From assembly GCA_902802585.1 (NCBI GenBank), contig CADCMR010000005.1, positions 23,022 to 87,021 of the forward strand: 64,000 bases of DNA. Reading direction: 5' to 3'. The notes beneath the pieces are model-generated. The model saw only the letters and a program-made list of their open reading frames with translations, did not search any database and was not told the DNA's origin. Position 1 is the stretch's first letter. The number at the start of each line of letters is the position of its first letter. Below are positions 7,133 through 17,330 of this stretch, one piece after another. This DNA comes from an uncultured bacterium (GTDB lineage Bacteria > Verrucomicrobiota > Lentisphaeria > Victivallales > UBA1829). Made by a program: the position numbers and the translations under genes.

Positions 7133-9489
7133 ACGGTTTCCGGCGCTATTTCTTCGGTAACGCGGCGTTCTCGCTGTTCTGTTCGTTCGTCATCGGTATC
7201 TGCGCCTATCTGACGCGCCGCTTCACGTCGAACGGGCTGCCCGGAGACGAATACGCTTTCTTCTTCAGCACGTTTTCGCTTATCAGCATGATGGTCGCGT
7301 TCGCCTCGCTCGGGATCCCGAACGCGTCCTTTTTCCGCATTCCCGACGCCCGCAACCGCGGACAGGACGATGCCGCGCACGGCGTCTATGCCTGGTGCGT
7401 GCGCTGGGTTTTCCTTGTCGGGGCGTTTCTGACTGTGGTCGGACTGCCCGCGGTTCTGCTGGCGGGGGACAGCATGGAACGGTACGGGATCGAATCCCGG
7501 CGCATCTTCTGGCTGCTCCTGCTTCTTCCATTACCGCTGAGCGTTTTCACCGCCACCACGATGCTGCTCAACGGGATGAAGGAGTTCGTCGTGTCGAATC
7601 TGCTGATGATGTGGAACACCTTCACGATCCTCGTCGGGATCCTGCTCTTTCAGGCGAGATGCGGACTGGACGCCGTCATACTTGCCTATGTCGTCGGCGC
7701 ATGGTGCGCCGGACTCGGCGGCATCTGGTGGGCAAAACGGAAACACGGGTTCACGGTCCTGCATCCGATCGCGCCGGACGCCCGCGGACAGCTTGTAAAG
7801 GCGGGCGGCTGGCTGCTCCTGTCCTGCACGGGTTATTATTACTTCGCCGAGCTCGGCAACGTGATGCTGTCCTACCTCGGGACGCCGGAGGAGACGCAGA
7901 AATTCAACATCGCCCTGCCGATCGCCCTGATGATCCGCCCGCTGAACGCCATTTCCGAGGTTTTTGCCCCGGTTTCCAACCAGATGTTTCAGGACGGCGA
8001 CACCCGTGCGCTGCGGCGCTCCGTGTGGAACATGCTTGGCGTCACGGCGCTGATGATGGTCGGTGCGGGCGTCGTATTCGGATTCCTGGGGCGATGGATC
8101 GTGACGCTGCTTTTCGGCGAGGATTTCGCCGATGCCGCGCCCTGCACGCTGATCCTGATCGAAGGCGCGCTGCTCTGGAATGCGGCGCGGTTCTACGCCG
8201 ACATGCTGAACTCCATGCGCCGCGAACGCTTCGCTGCCCTGATCGCCGCCGGCCTGGCTGTCCTGAGTATAGTGCTGTACTGGATCTTCTGTTCTCATCT
8301 CGGTGCCGACGGTACGGCATGGGCGGCCCTGATCGCCAGCGCGGCCTGGCTTGCCGCGGTGCTGTTTTCGGTCCTGTTTGTCCTGGGCATGGATGCCGCG
8401 CGAAGGAAAACGCCCCGGAAGATTCTGCTCTTTCACTCCGGCTCCATCGGCGACACGCTCATCTCGTTCCCGATCCTGAACATCATCCGCGGGAAATGGC
8501 GGGACGCCGAAATCGTGCTGTTTTCCTACTCCGCGTATACCGGGCTGGCGTGCGTCCGGGAGCTTCTGGGGCCGTCGGGGCTGGTCGACCGGGTCTCCGG
8601 CTTCACGACTTCCGGGAACGTCGTCGGGATCGTTCTGCGCCTGTTCGCCTCGGTCGGGCAGGTGCGGCGCGAGCATTTCGACCTCGCGATCAACATCAAC
8701 CAGACCGCGCCGAAATTCTACGCTATACGAATGAAGATGTGGCGCGTATGGTGCCTGCTCGGCGGGATCAAGTCCTGGATGGGCGACAGATCGCTGTTCA
8801 TCTTCCCGGCGGTCCGCCCCGGCGCCCCTGTGCCAGCCGTGCCGCATCACATGGACATGATCGCAGCCCGGCTTGAGGCGTCCGGCATCAAGGTCCCGGA
8901 CCGCCGCATCGATCTGAACCTGACGGACGGGGAACGCCTTCATGCCCGGAGCGTATGGGAGGAGAAAGCCGCCTCGGCGGTCGGAGACCGGATTCCGGTG
9001 GCGGTCGGCGTCGGCGGGAAAAAACTGCGCTGGCCGGTCGAACGTTTTGAAGAGGTCATCCGCCGTATCGCCGGACATGGAATCGTTCCCGTGTTCTTCG
9101 GCGGACGGGAAAACATCCCCGAGATCGAAGGGATGATCGCCCGCCTCGGATTCGGGTTCAATGCCGCAAACGCCGGACTCAATTCCCTGCGCGAAACGGT
9201 CGCGTTCATGGAGAATTGCAAGTTCTACGTCGGCAACGATACCGGGACGCTTCATATGGCGGTCGCCGCCGGGCTGAAATGCATCGGCATCTACTCCGCG
9301 CACAATTATCCCGGCGCATGGAATCCGTACGGCGAAGGACATATCGTCCTGCGGCACGATCCACCCTGCGCCGTGTGTCTCGCCACCGTCTGCCCGAAGG
9401 GACGGCCCGTGTGCATCGAGGACATCACCGTGGACGAGGTCGAGTTCGCCGTGAAACAGATGCTCCGGCATCTCGAAGAACAGAAGTGA
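7129..9489 (+). CDS. fusion protein: Wzx/MOP-type polysaccharide flippase (N-terminal, about 12 TM) plus GT9 heptosyltransferase-like domain (C-terminal)
   Basis: The ATG at 7129 overlaps the upstream stop (ATGA). The N-terminal ~440 aa are polytopic and Polysacc_synt-like. The C-terminal part has ILLFHSGSIGDTL and GNDTGTLHMAVAAG motifs typical of GT9. The track ORF from 6562 is an out-of-context upstream extension. Confidence 0.8.
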   Translation: MNGFRRYFFGNAAFSLFCSFVIGICAYLTRRFTSNGLPGDEYAFFFSTFSLISMMVAFASLGIPNASFFRIPDARNRGQDDAAHGVYAWCVRWVFLVGAFLTVVGLPAVLLAGDSMERYGIESRRIFWLLLLLPLPLSVFTATTMLLNGMKEFVVSNLLMMWNTFTILVGILLFQARCGLDAVILAYVVGAWCAGLGGIWWAKRKHGFTVLHPIAPDARGQLVKAGGWLLLSCTGYYYFAELGNVMLSYLGTPEETQKFNIALPIALMIRPLNAISEVFAPVSNQMFQDGDTRALRRSVWNMLGVTALMMVGAGVVFGFLGRWIVTLLFGEDFADAAPCTLILIEGALLWNAARFYADMLNSMRRERFAALIAAGLAVLSIVLYWIFCSHLGADGTAWAALIASAAWLAAVLFSVLFVLGMDAARRKTPRKILLFHSGSIGDTLISFPILNIIRGKWRDAEIVLFSYSAYTGLACVRELLGPSGLVDRVSGFTTSGNVVGIVLRLFASVGQVRREHFDLAININQTAPKFYAIRMKMWRVWCLLGGIKSWMGDRSLFIFPAVRPGAPVPAVPHHMDMIAARLEASGIKVPDRRIDLNLTDGERLHARSVWEEKAASAVGDRIPVAVGVGGKKLRWPVERFEEVIRRIAGHGIVPVFFGGRENIPEIEGMIARLGFGFNAANAGLNSLRETVAFMENCKFYVGNDTGTLHMAVAAGLKCIGIYSAHNYPGAWNPYGEGHIVLRHDPPCAVCLATVCPKGRPVCIEDITVDEVEFAVKQMLRHLEEQK

Positions 9490-9584
9490 GAGCGGAAAAA
9501 ATCCGCTTTCGATGCGGTCGGTCCGGTCGTCCCTGTTGGCACGCGGCAATTTCGCCGACAAGCGTATCTTATAATTATTCCAGT

Positions 9585-9612
9585 TTGACTTTTTGTTTTT
9601 ATGTGATATATT
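9585..9612 (+). promoter_or_regulatory. sigma70-like promoter (TTGACT-N16-TATATT)
   Basis: The hexamers were read directly, about 20 nt upstream of the ATG at 9631. Confidence 0.5.
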
Positions 9613-9630
9613 GTAACATAAATATCTAAT

Positions 9631-9984
9631 ATGAACATGGAAAAGCTGGAGAATCGGGGGGGTGTCCGCGGGAAAAAGCGTTTTTCTTCGCGAATCCGGC
9701 GGATTTTTTCCCTCAATCACAACCTGAAGAATGACGACGAAGCGCGGAGCAGTATTGCGCGTGCTGCCGAGCTTGGCGTTATCAATTCCTGCGACATTCT
9801 TCCGGTCTATCGTGAGTTCAAAAAGCCCTCGCACGAGGAGTTCGCAGAGCCGACCCGCTGGTCGCTGATGAACGCCCTGACGGAAACCGTCAAAAAGTAT
9901 TCACCTCAGCGCGTGGATCACAGCTACCTCGCGTTGAACCGTGCTTTTGGTCTGGACGGTCGTCCCGCCGAAATCTTCGCCTGA
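9631..9984 (+). CDS. hypothetical protein (117 aa), no domain recognised
   Basis: ORF lies in a lower-GC islet with its own promoter. It has a basic N-terminus. Confidence 0.5.
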   Translation: MNMEKLENRGGVRGKKRFSSRIRRIFSLNHNLKNDDEARSSIARAAELGVINSCDILPVYREFKKPSHEEFAEPTRWSLMNALTETVKKYSPQRVDHSYLALNRAFGLDGRPAEIFA

Positions 9985-10092
9985 AACAAGCTCATTTCGA
10001 GCACAACCCAGCAAAATCAAACCGAGGCGGGGCAATGTTGCTCCGCCTCATTCAATCTCAAATCAAACAAAACTTACATAAGGGACCAATCA

Positions 10093-10275
10093 ATGTCCGA
10101 AAACAAAAACAGCAATAACGTTCCCACACAGCCCGTCTACATCATGCAGCCGCCGCAGCCGCAGCAGAATGACAGCAGCATCTTCGACGGTCTCGGCAAC
10201 ATCGCTCTCAGCGTCCTCGCCGGGCTCGTCCTCGGCCAGATCGGAATCGGATTCCCGAAAATTCCGAAGCTGTGA
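10093..10275 (+). CDS. small hypothetical protein with Q/P-rich N-terminus and one C-terminal TM helix
   Basis: 60-aa ORF followed immediately by a strong terminator. Confidence 0.45.
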   Translation: MSENKNSNNVPTQPVYIMQPPQPQQNDSSIFDGLGNIALSVLAGLVLGQIGIGFPKIPKL

Positions 10276-10296
10276 TACCGGATATCAAAAAGCTGG

Positions 10297-10328
10297 AAGC
10301 CGTTGGTTTCATCGCCAACGGCTTTTTT
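10297..10328 (+). terminator. rho-independent terminator
   Basis: AAGCCGTTGG-tttcatcg-CCAACGGCTT forms a perfect 10-bp stem, followed by TTTT. Confidence 0.8.
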
Positions 10329-10562
10329 GGAGGTTCTCCCCCAAAAAGAGAAAATGGCCTTGAAAAAAACATCTCTATGGTACATTATTTGTGCCAGACG
10401 GTGAAAAGAGCGGTCGTGGTGACGGCTCGCTGTCCGGTGGCACATTGAAAACTCGAAGATTGTTTTTTTCATACTCCGGAAAGAAGCCGGAAAAATGCTG
10501 ACCTCAGTTTTTTCCCCATTTTTTCCCCATTTCCGTGGGAAAAACGTGATTCTTCTGTTCGG

Positions 10563-11987
10563 TCACCCGTAGACGGCGAGGGGAAATGACTTCGCGACGA
10601 GCGCGCGGGCTTCCGCGGCGTTTTTCAGGTCGCCGCTGGCGATCATCTGCCCGAGGATGTTTCCGATGGCGGTTGCCTCGGTCGGCCCGGCAAGCACGCG
10701 GCGTCCGGTCGTCTTCGCCACAAGCCGCATGAAGAACCTGTCGCGCGTGCCGCCGCCCAGGATGTTGAGTGTGTCGAATTGTTTGCCCGTGATGGATTCG
10801 AGCTGTTCGATGCGTTTTTTGAAGCAGTCGGCGAGGGAATCGTAGATGCAGCGGACCAGCGCGGCGTCGGTCGGGATTTCGCCCTGGCCATGCTTGCGGC
10901 AGAAACGCCGGATGCGCGTGGGCATGTCGCCCGGCGGGAAGAACGCCGCATCGTCCGGGTCGATGCGGAACGGCTGTCCGTCGAGCGGGGCGGCCATCGT
11001 CTCCATGTCGGCGAACGAGATGTCCTTGCCCTGTTCGGTCCATGTGCGGCGGGTCTCCTGCAGCAGCCACGTGCCCATGATGTTGCAGAGGAACCGGAAC
11101 GTATCCTCCACGCCGCGTTCGTTTGTGAAATGGCTTTCCAGCGCCTCCGGCGTGAGGATGGCATTGTTCAATTCCGCGCCGAGGAGAGCCCACGTGCCGA
11201 GGCTGATGTAGAGCGCCTTCTCCGGGTCGACGCACGGCATGGCGAGCACCGCGCTCGCGGTATCGTGCGAGGCGCATTTCACGGCGGGGATGCGAGGAAT
11301 GCCGAGGCGGGCCGCCGTTTCCGGTTTCAGGCATCCGGCGGGTGAACCGGGCGGCACCAGCTTGGTAAAGAGTCCGGCAGGCAGCCCTGCGAGTTTGTTT
11401 AAGGTGTCCGTGTTCCATTCCGCACTGCTTGCTTTCAGCAGCGCACCCGTGCTCGCGATGGTGACTTCGCTGGTAGCCGTTCCGGTCAGCATGAAGTGAA
11501 GCGCGTCCGGCATAAGAAACATCGTGGAGCCGTTCAGCGCGTCCGGATGGTCGCGCAGTTCGGCGCAGAGCTGGTAAATGGTGTTGAAAACGAGCGGCTG
11601 GATGCCGTTGCGCGCGTAGAAATCCGCCTTGGAAATCTTCTTGTGGAACGCCTCCATCGCGGCCTCCGTCCGTCCGTCGCGGTAGCAGTATGGATCGTGG
11701 ATGAGTTCGCCGTCGCGGAACAGCGCGTAATCGACGCCCCAGGTGTCGATGGAGAAACTTGCCAGACCGGGCGCGGCGGCGACGGCTTTTTTCAAACCGG
11801 TTTCGAGCTCACCGAGGAGCGCGCGGAAATCCCAGAAATAATGCCCGTCCTTTTCATACGGGTAGTTTTTGAAGCGATGGATTTCCTCAAGCTCAAGCCG
11901 TCCGTTGCGCACGGACCCGAGGATGGCGCGTCCGCTGCTCGCGCCGAGGTCAAAAGCCAGATACTGTCTGTTTTCTTCCATCTTCAC
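10563..11987 (-). CDS. rhaB: rhamnulokinase (FGGY family)
   Basis: YLAFDLGASSGRAILG N-terminal FGGY motif, 474 aa, directly downstream of rhaA. Confidence 0.9.
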   Translation of the reverse strand: MKMEENRQYLAFDLGASSGRAILGSVRNGRLELEEIHRFKNYPYEKDGHYFWDFRALLGELETGLKKAVAAAPGLASFSIDTWGVDYALFRDGELIHDPYCYRDGRTEAAMEAFHKKISKADFYARNGIQPLVFNTIYQLCAELRDHPDALNGSTMFLMPDALHFMLTGTATSEVTIASTGALLKASSAEWNTDTLNKLAGLPAGLFTKLVPPGSPAGCLKPETAARLGIPRIPAVKCASHDTASAVLAMPCVDPEKALYISLGTWALLGAELNNAILTPEALESHFTNERGVEDTFRFLCNIMGTWLLQETRRTWTEQGKDISFADMETMAAPLDGQPFRIDPDDAAFFPPGDMPTRIRRFCRKHGQGEIPTDAALVRCIYDSLADCFKKRIEQLESITGKQFDTLNILGGGTRDRFFMRLVAKTTGRRVLAGPTEATAIGNILGQMIASGDLKNAAEARALVAKSFPLAVYG

Positions 11988-12000
11988 GTCCTTTCACGTT

Positions 12001-13263
12001 TTACGCGCGTTTCGAGGTCACGTCCTGTTCGTATTCGCGGACGGCGTCCAGAACTCCGGCGGCTTCCGCCGGGACCCCATTCTTCAGGCAGAACCACGCG
12101 TAGACGGCTTCCCACGGCATCGACTTGATCTCCTCGCTCAAGATGAGTCGCCCGGTGTAGTCTCCGGCGGCCTCCATGCGCTTCAGGGCAGGGGGTTCGA
12201 GCAGGGCGCGGCACAAGGCTTTCTGCATGGCGCGCGTGCCGACAGTCCAGGCGGCGACGCGGTTGATCGTGGCGTCGAAGTAGTCCAGCGCGACGTTCAC
12301 GCGGTCGCGTCCGCAGCGCACGATTTCGTTCGCGATCATCTGGAGCTCGTCGTCCAGGATTACCACGTGGTCGCTGTCCCAGCGCACAGGACGGCTCACG
12401 TGGAGCAGGATTTCATCGAGGTAGAGCAACGCGGAGCTGATCTTGTCGCTGATTGCCTCGGTCGGGTGGAAATGCCCGGAATCAAGCGTGAGCATCACAT
12501 TGTTCTTCACGGCGTAGCCGAGGTAGAATTCGTGCGAGCCGACCGTGCAGCTCTCCAGACCGATGCCGAAGAGCTTGCTTTCCACAGCGTCGCGCATCTG
12601 CGCCGGGTCCATCGGCACGGAAAGAATCTCGTCGAGCGATTCCTTCAGCAGACGCCGCACCGCCATGCGGTCGACGGGGATGTCCTTGAACCCGTCCGGG
12701 ATCCAGATGTTCATCAACGAGCGTTTGCCGAGGGCGCGTCCGAACTCCGCCGCGATCCGCCGGCACGCCTGCACATGGCGGATCCAGTACGCGCGGACGG
12801 CGTCGTCGCGGCTTGAGAGCGTGAACCCGGAGGCGGCGTTCGGATGAGAGAAGCAGGTCGGATTGAAGTCGAGCGCGATGTCGCGTTCGCGCGCCCAGGA
12901 GATCCACGACCTGAAATGCTCCGGCGCGAGTTCGGCGCGGTCCACGAATCCGTCCGTCTCCGCGTAGATTGCGTGCAGGTTCACGCGCTTTGTGCCGGGG
13001 ATCATCGACATCGCCCGGTCCAGGTCCTGCCGCAGTTCGGCGGCGTTGCGGGCGCGACCCGGGTAATTCCCGGTCGTGAGGATGCCGCCGGATGCCCCGG
13101 ACGCGTCGCGCTCGAATCCGACCACGTCGTCGCCCTGCCAGCAGTGGATTGAGACTGGGATTTCCTGGAGCGCGTTGAGCGCGACCTCGGCGTCGACGCC
13201 GAAATCCTCATAATACTCCTTGGCAATCTTCCAGGCGTTTTCGATTCGGGCGGTGTTGTTCAT
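12001..13263 (-). CDS. rhaA: L-rhamnose isomerase
   Basis: Near-colinear with E. coli Rha[43 protein letters not shown]. The ATG at 13263 gives about 420 aa; the track ORF adds 27 codons. Confidence 0.95.
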   Translation of the reverse strand: MNNTARIENAWKIAKEYYEDFGVDAEVALNALQEIPVSIHCWQGDDVVGFERDASGASGGILTTGNYPGRARNAAELRQDLDRAMSMIPGTKRVNLHAIYAETDGFVDRAELAPEHFRSWISWARERDIALDFNPTCFSHPNAASGFTLSSRDDAVRAYWIRHVQACRRIAAEFGRALGKRSLMNIWIPDGFKDIPVDRMAVRRLLKESLDEILSVPMDPAQMRDAVESKLFGIGLESCTVGSHEFYLGYAVKNNVMLTLDSGHFHPTEAISDKISSALLYLDEILLHVSRPVRWDSDHVVILDDELQMIANEIVRCGRDRVNVALDYFDATINRVAAWTVGTRAMQKALCRALLEPPALKRMEAAGDYTGRLILSEEIKSMPWEAVYAWFCLKNGVPAEAAGVLDAVREYEQDVTSKRA

Positions 13264-13360
13264 GGCGTGTCTCCGTTTGGGTAGGGCGCATACTGGCGCC
13301 AATCCATGGTTTTGGACTGACTCCGGCAGGCGCAGGTAATTCATTTTAGATTCCGTCTTT

Positions 13361-13389
13361 ATTGTACCACTTCAACATGATGTTTTCAA
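13361..13389 (-). promoter_or_regulatory. sigma70-like promoter for rhaAB (TTGAAA-N17-TACAAT on minus strand)
   Basis: The hexamers were read on the reverse complement, about 90 nt upstream of the rhaA start. Confidence 0.45.
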
Positions 13390-13508
13390 GCTCCTTTCCG
13401 GCTTATTTCCCCGTTTTTTCCGCATCCGCCTTGATTTTTTCATTTTTTCGAGTATTTTATTGTACCTTCCGGAGCGTTCTTCCCGGAAACAGGGAACGCA
13501 TCCCGCGC

Positions 13509-13596
13509 GGAGAGATGGTCGAGCGGTTTAAGGCATCGGTCTTGAAAACCGACGAGGGGCAACCCTCCGGGGGTTCGAATCCCCCTCTCTCCGCCA
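13509..13596 (+). tRNA. tRNA-Ser (anticodon UGA)
   Basis: Cloverleaf read by eye. Acceptor GGAGAGA/TCTCTCC, anticodon stem TCGGT/ACCGA with loop CTTGAAA, long variable arm, T-arm GGGGG-TTCGAAT-CCCCC, encoded CCA. Confidence 0.9.
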
Positions 13597-13626
13597 GTTT
13601 TTTATAGAGAAAAAAGAAAAAACAGG

Positions 13627-13654
13627 TTGAAAGCGACCAAAAGTATGATATATT
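13627..13654 (+). promoter_or_regulatory. sigma70-like promoter (TTGAAA-N16-TATATT)
   Basis: The hexamers were read directly, about 80 nt upstream of the ATG at 13735. Confidence 0.45.
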
Positions 13655-13734
13655 TGCTCATGTGCATTTTTTTCAACAGAATAACATTCGGTGCGCCGCG
13701 CGCGTGCCCTGAAACACCGTAAAGGAGTCGAACC

Positions 13735-14580
13735 ATGATCTTAGCTGACATCGAACCCGCAGTCCTGGCCGTTTATATCGTGATGGCGGTGGGATTTATT
13801 GTAATGGTCTGGGGAATCAAGAACCTGAGCACGAAATCCAACGCCCGCATCATCATGGGGCTCGGCGCGCTCATCGTGTTCGGGGCCGTCGGCGCCAGCT
13901 TCTTCGTGTCCGGTGAAAAATCCGAGGACGCCCGTCTTGAAAAGAACGCCCGGATCTTCCGGACAGCGAAGGCGGAAAAGGCCGCCTCCTACATCGCGGA
14001 ACGGTTCCCGGACGGCGGCAGCGCCGCCTTTATCATCGACGACGAGTCCAACAGCAATTCCGCGTCTGAAAACTATATCGTCCTCCAGGAGCTTCAGAAC
14101 CGCCTTTCCGAAAAGGGCGTTTCCTGCGGCGACGTGATCATCGTGGGCGAGCTTACCACCGACAAGAAGACCGGCGAGGAAGTGCGTGAAGAGCCCACGG
14201 ATGCCGCGATCATGAAGAAAAAACTGGACCAGGTCTACGACAAGGTCGACATCGTCGTCAATTTCGCGGGTCTTCCCAGCTCCACCTCCGAACTCAAGAA
14301 GATCACGTTCCTCACGAAAAAGAACACCGCCAGCGGCAAGAACAACATGCTGCTCATGTGCGACAATGGTCTGCCCTACGTCGAGCAGGACATGCTGAAG
14401 AACGGTCGCGTGTGCGCCATCATCGACTACATCAGCGACGCCGGGTCCTCGTTTGACATGCAGAAGAACTCCGCGCCGAAGGATCTTTCCGTGGCGTTCG
14501 ATTTCTTCTACTACCTCATCTGTCCGGACACGCTCGAAAGCTATATCTCGAACAACGAGAACTACTTTATCACGAAATAA
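13735..14580 (+). CDS. membrane-anchored hypothetical protein (two N-terminal TM helices plus soluble domain)
   Basis: 281-aa ORF with typical coding composition. No motif recognised. Confidence 0.6.
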   Translation: MILADIEPAVLAVYIVMAVGFIVMVWGIKNLSTKSNARIIMGLGALIVFGAVGASFFVSGEKSEDARLEKNARIFRTAKAEKAASYIAERFPDGGSAAFIIDDESNSNSASENYIVLQELQNRLSEKGVSCGDVIIVGELTTDKKTGEEVREEPTDAAIMKKKLDQVYDKVDIVVNFAGLPSSTSELKKITFLTKKNTASGKNNMLLMCDNGLPYVEQDMLKNGRVCAIIDYISDAGSSFDMQKNSAPKDLSVAFDFFYYLICPDTLESYISNNENYFITK

Positions 14581-14765
14581 GCCCGCTGTGCCGCCCGGCG
14601 CCGCTTGCCGTGAGGCGGGATGCATTCCTGTCCTGTCCGGTTCGGGGCGCGGCATGGCATGAAGACCTGACGGGCGGGAGAATTGAAAGAGACAGACCGG
14701 GACGCGGCGACGCGTCCCGAATTATCTAGAGAAAGCTGAAAAAACGATTGCAGGGAGAAAACACT

Positions 14766-17312
14766 ATGTCGGAACAAGAAGAAGTCAATGCCGCATTGAA
14801 ACGGTTTACGCCGCGGGCGCGCCAGTCGCTCAATCTGGCGCAGAAGGACGCGGAGAAGGCGAACCACGACTGCATCTCCGTGGAGCACCTGCTGCGCGGC
14901 ATCTGTCTGCTGAAGGAGGGCGTCGCGGTCGAAGTCCTTCGCGCCATGAAGGTCGATTTCCAGGCTCTGCTGAACGACCTCGCGCGGAAGCTTCCGCAGT
15001 CCGGCTCGGAAATCCGCCAGATCGGCGCGCCGCCGTTCTCCGCCAGCCTCCGCAAGATCATCATCATGTCCGGCGACGAGGCGCGCGCGATGCGCTGCAA
15101 CTACATCGGCACGGAGCATCTGCTCCTCGCCATCCTCAACGACGGCGCAACGGCGGCGGCGGGTTTGCTCCGGGCGTCCAAGGTCGATCCGGCAAGGGCG
15201 CGTCAACGGATCCTCGCCACGCTCGACCCGGACTACCTGCCGGATTCCGACGACGATGACGACCTCGACAGAAACGACGATGAAGATGACGACAACGACG
15301 AATTAGACGATTTGGACGGGAAGCTCTTCAGCGACGGCGATGATGACGACATTGGCGAACACTCCGCTCTGAACGCGTTCGGACGCGACCTCACTTCGCT
15401 CGCGAAGAAGAACAAGCTCGACCCGGTCATCGGTCGCCATAACGAGATCGAACGCGTCATCCAGATCCTCTGCCGCCGCACGAAGAACAATCCCGTGCTC
15501 ATTGGCGAGGCGGGCGTCGGCAAAACGGCGATCGTCGAGGGGCTGGCGCGGAAGATCGCCGCGGACGATGTGCCGGAGCTCCTGCACGGGAAACGCCTCA
15601 TCGTGCTCGACCTGGCGCTGATGGTCGCCGGCACGAAATACCGCGGTCAGTTCGAGGAACGCATCAAGGCGGTCCTCGACGAGGTGCGCTCGTCCAAAAA
15701 GACCATCCTCTTCATCGACGAACTCCACACGCTCGTCGGGGCGGGCGGCGCCGAGGGCGCCATGGACGCCGCCAACATCATCAAGCCTGCGCTCTCCCGG
15801 GGCGAACTCCAGTGCATCGGCGCGACCACGCTCGACGAATACCGCAAGGGCATTGAGAAGGACGCCGCGCTGGAACGCCGGTTCCAGCCGGTCATGGTCG
15901 AGCCGCCCTGCATCGCCGACGCGATCAAGATCCTGTACGGACTGAAGCCCGCCTACGAGGCGCATCACAAGGTGCGCTACGCCGACGATGCCATTGAGGC
16001 CGCCGTGAAGCTCTCCGACCGGTTCATCAACGGGCGGTTCCTGCCCGACAAGGCGATCGACCTCATGGACGAGGCGGGCGCGTGCGTCCGGATCGCCAAC
16101 ACGCCGAAGCATCCCGACCTCCGGGAGACCGAGGACGCCATCCAGCAGATGGTGCGCGAGAAGGAGAAGGCGATCGCCGACCAGCGTTTCGAGGACGCCG
16201 CGAAATTCCGCAACCGCGAACGCGAACTCCGCGAAGAGCTCGACTCCGCGCGCAAGGCGTGGGAGGACGCCCGCGGCGAAACCTCGCCGGAAGTCACCCG
16301 AGAGGACATCCACCGCGTGCTTTCCAAGCTCACCGGCATCCCGCTGGAACAGCTCCAGGACACCGAGTCCAAGCGCCTGCTCCAGATGGAGGCGGAGCTC
16401 GAAAAGAGCGTGATCGGGCAAAGCGATGCCGTGCACGCCGTGGCGCGCGCACTCCGCCGCGCCCGCGCCGACCTGAAGGACCCGAACCGGCCCATCGGCT
16501 CGTTCATCTTCCTCGGTCCGACCGGCGTCGGCAAGACCCTGCTCGCGAAATCGCTTGCCGAATTCATGTTCGGCGACGCCGACTCCCTGATCCAGATCGA
16601 CATGTCCGAGTTCATGGAGAAGTTCAACGTGAGCCGTCTCGTCGGCTCCCCGCCCGGCTACGTCGGGCACGGCGAGGGCGGCGAGCTGACCGAACGCGTC
16701 CGCCGCCATCCGTACAGCGTGGTGCTGTTCGACGAGATCGAAAAGGCGCATCCGGATGTGACCCACATGCTGCTCCAGATCATGGAGGAGGGCCGCCTCA
16801 CCGACACGCTCGGACGCAATATCGACTTCCGCAATACGATCATCATCATGACCGCGAACGTCGGGGCGGAACGCGCCGCGAACGGGGCGCCGCTCGGATT
16901 CGCGACCGGGACGGGCGTGAACGACGACTACGACAAGCTCCGCGACAGCCTGCTTGAGGCCGCCCGCAAGGCGTTCAAGCCCGAGTTCATCAACCGTCTC
17001 GACGAGCTGATCGTGTTCCGCAAGCTCGGACCCGAGGAACTCCGGAAGATTGTCCGCCTGGAACTCTCCAAGCTCGTCGCACGGCTCGCCGACCAGGGTC
17101 GCAAGCTCGAAATCGACGATGACGTCATCGAATGCCTGGTCAACTCCGGCGCGAACCCGGAACACGGCGCACGCCCGATCCGCCGCGCCGTCGGCACGCT
17201 CATCGAGGATCCGCTCGCCGACGAAATCCTGCGCGGAACGTTCCACGGCTGCACGAAAATCCATGTCTCCATGGCGGACGGCAAACCGGCGTTCTTCCCG
17301 GAAAATGATTAA
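14766..17312 (+). CDS. clpC: ATP-dependent Clp protease ATP-binding subunit ClpC (class III stress AAA+ chaperone)
   Basis: Double Clp_N repeat. Walker A motifs [15 protein letters not shown] and [18 protein letters not shown]-like [23 protein letters not shown] at 14766 is preceded by GGGAGA. Confidence 0.93.
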   Translation: MSEQEEVNAALKRFTPRARQSLNLAQKDAEKANHDCISVEHLLRGICLLKEGVAVEVLRAMKVDFQALLNDLARKLPQSGSEIRQIGAPPFSASLRKIIIMSGDEARAMRCNYIGTEHLLLAILNDGATAAAGLLRASKVDPARARQRILATLDPDYLPDSDDDDDLDRNDDEDDDNDELDDLDGKLFSDGDDDDIGEHSALNAFGRDLTSLAKKNKLDPVIGRHNEIERVIQILCRRTKNNPVLIGEAGVGKTAIVEGLARKIAADDVPELLHGKRLIVLDLALMVAGTKYRGQFEERIKAVLDEVRSSKKTILFIDELHTLVGAGGAEGAMDAANIIKPALSRGELQCIGATTLDEYRKGIEKDAALERRFQPVMVEPPCIADAIKILYGLKPAYEAHHKVRYADDAIEAAVKLSDRFINGRFLPDKAIDLMDEAGACVRIANTPKHPDLRETEDAIQQMVREKEKAIADQRFEDAAKFRNRERELREELDSARKAWEDARGETSPEVTREDIHRVLSKLTGIPLEQLQDTESKRLLQMEAELEKSVIGQSDAVHAVARALRRARADLKDPNRPIGSFIFLGPTGVGKTLLAKSLAEFMFGDADSLIQIDMSEFMEKFNVSRLVGSPPGYVGHGEGGELTERVRRHPYSVVLFDEIEKAHPDVTHMLLQIMEEGRLTDTLGRNIDFRNTIIIMTANVGAERAANGAPLGFATGTGVNDDYDKLRDSLLEAARKAFKPEFINRLDELIVFRKLGPEELRKIVRLELSKLVARLADQGRKLEIDDDVIECLVNSGANPEHGARPIRRAVGTLIEDPLADEILRGTFHGCTKIHVSMADGKPAFFPEND

Positions 17313-17330
17313 CCTCAACTGAAACCCAAG

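Noticed and set aside
10137-10472. A 111-aa minus-strand ORF in the low-GC islet.
   Set aside because: It overlaps the small plus-strand gene and its strong terminator. Its His/Arg/Phe-rich translation has no motif.
13362-13607. An 81-aa ORF overlapping the tRNA-Ser gene.
   Set aside because: The ORF is explained entirely by the tRNA and its AT-rich upstream region. It has no ribosome-binding site and an implausible composition.
13509-14700. An integrated mobile element at the tRNA-Ser 3' end.
   Set aside because: No integrase, excisionase or transposase gene lies on either side. I could not find a direct repeat of the tRNA 3' end downstream.
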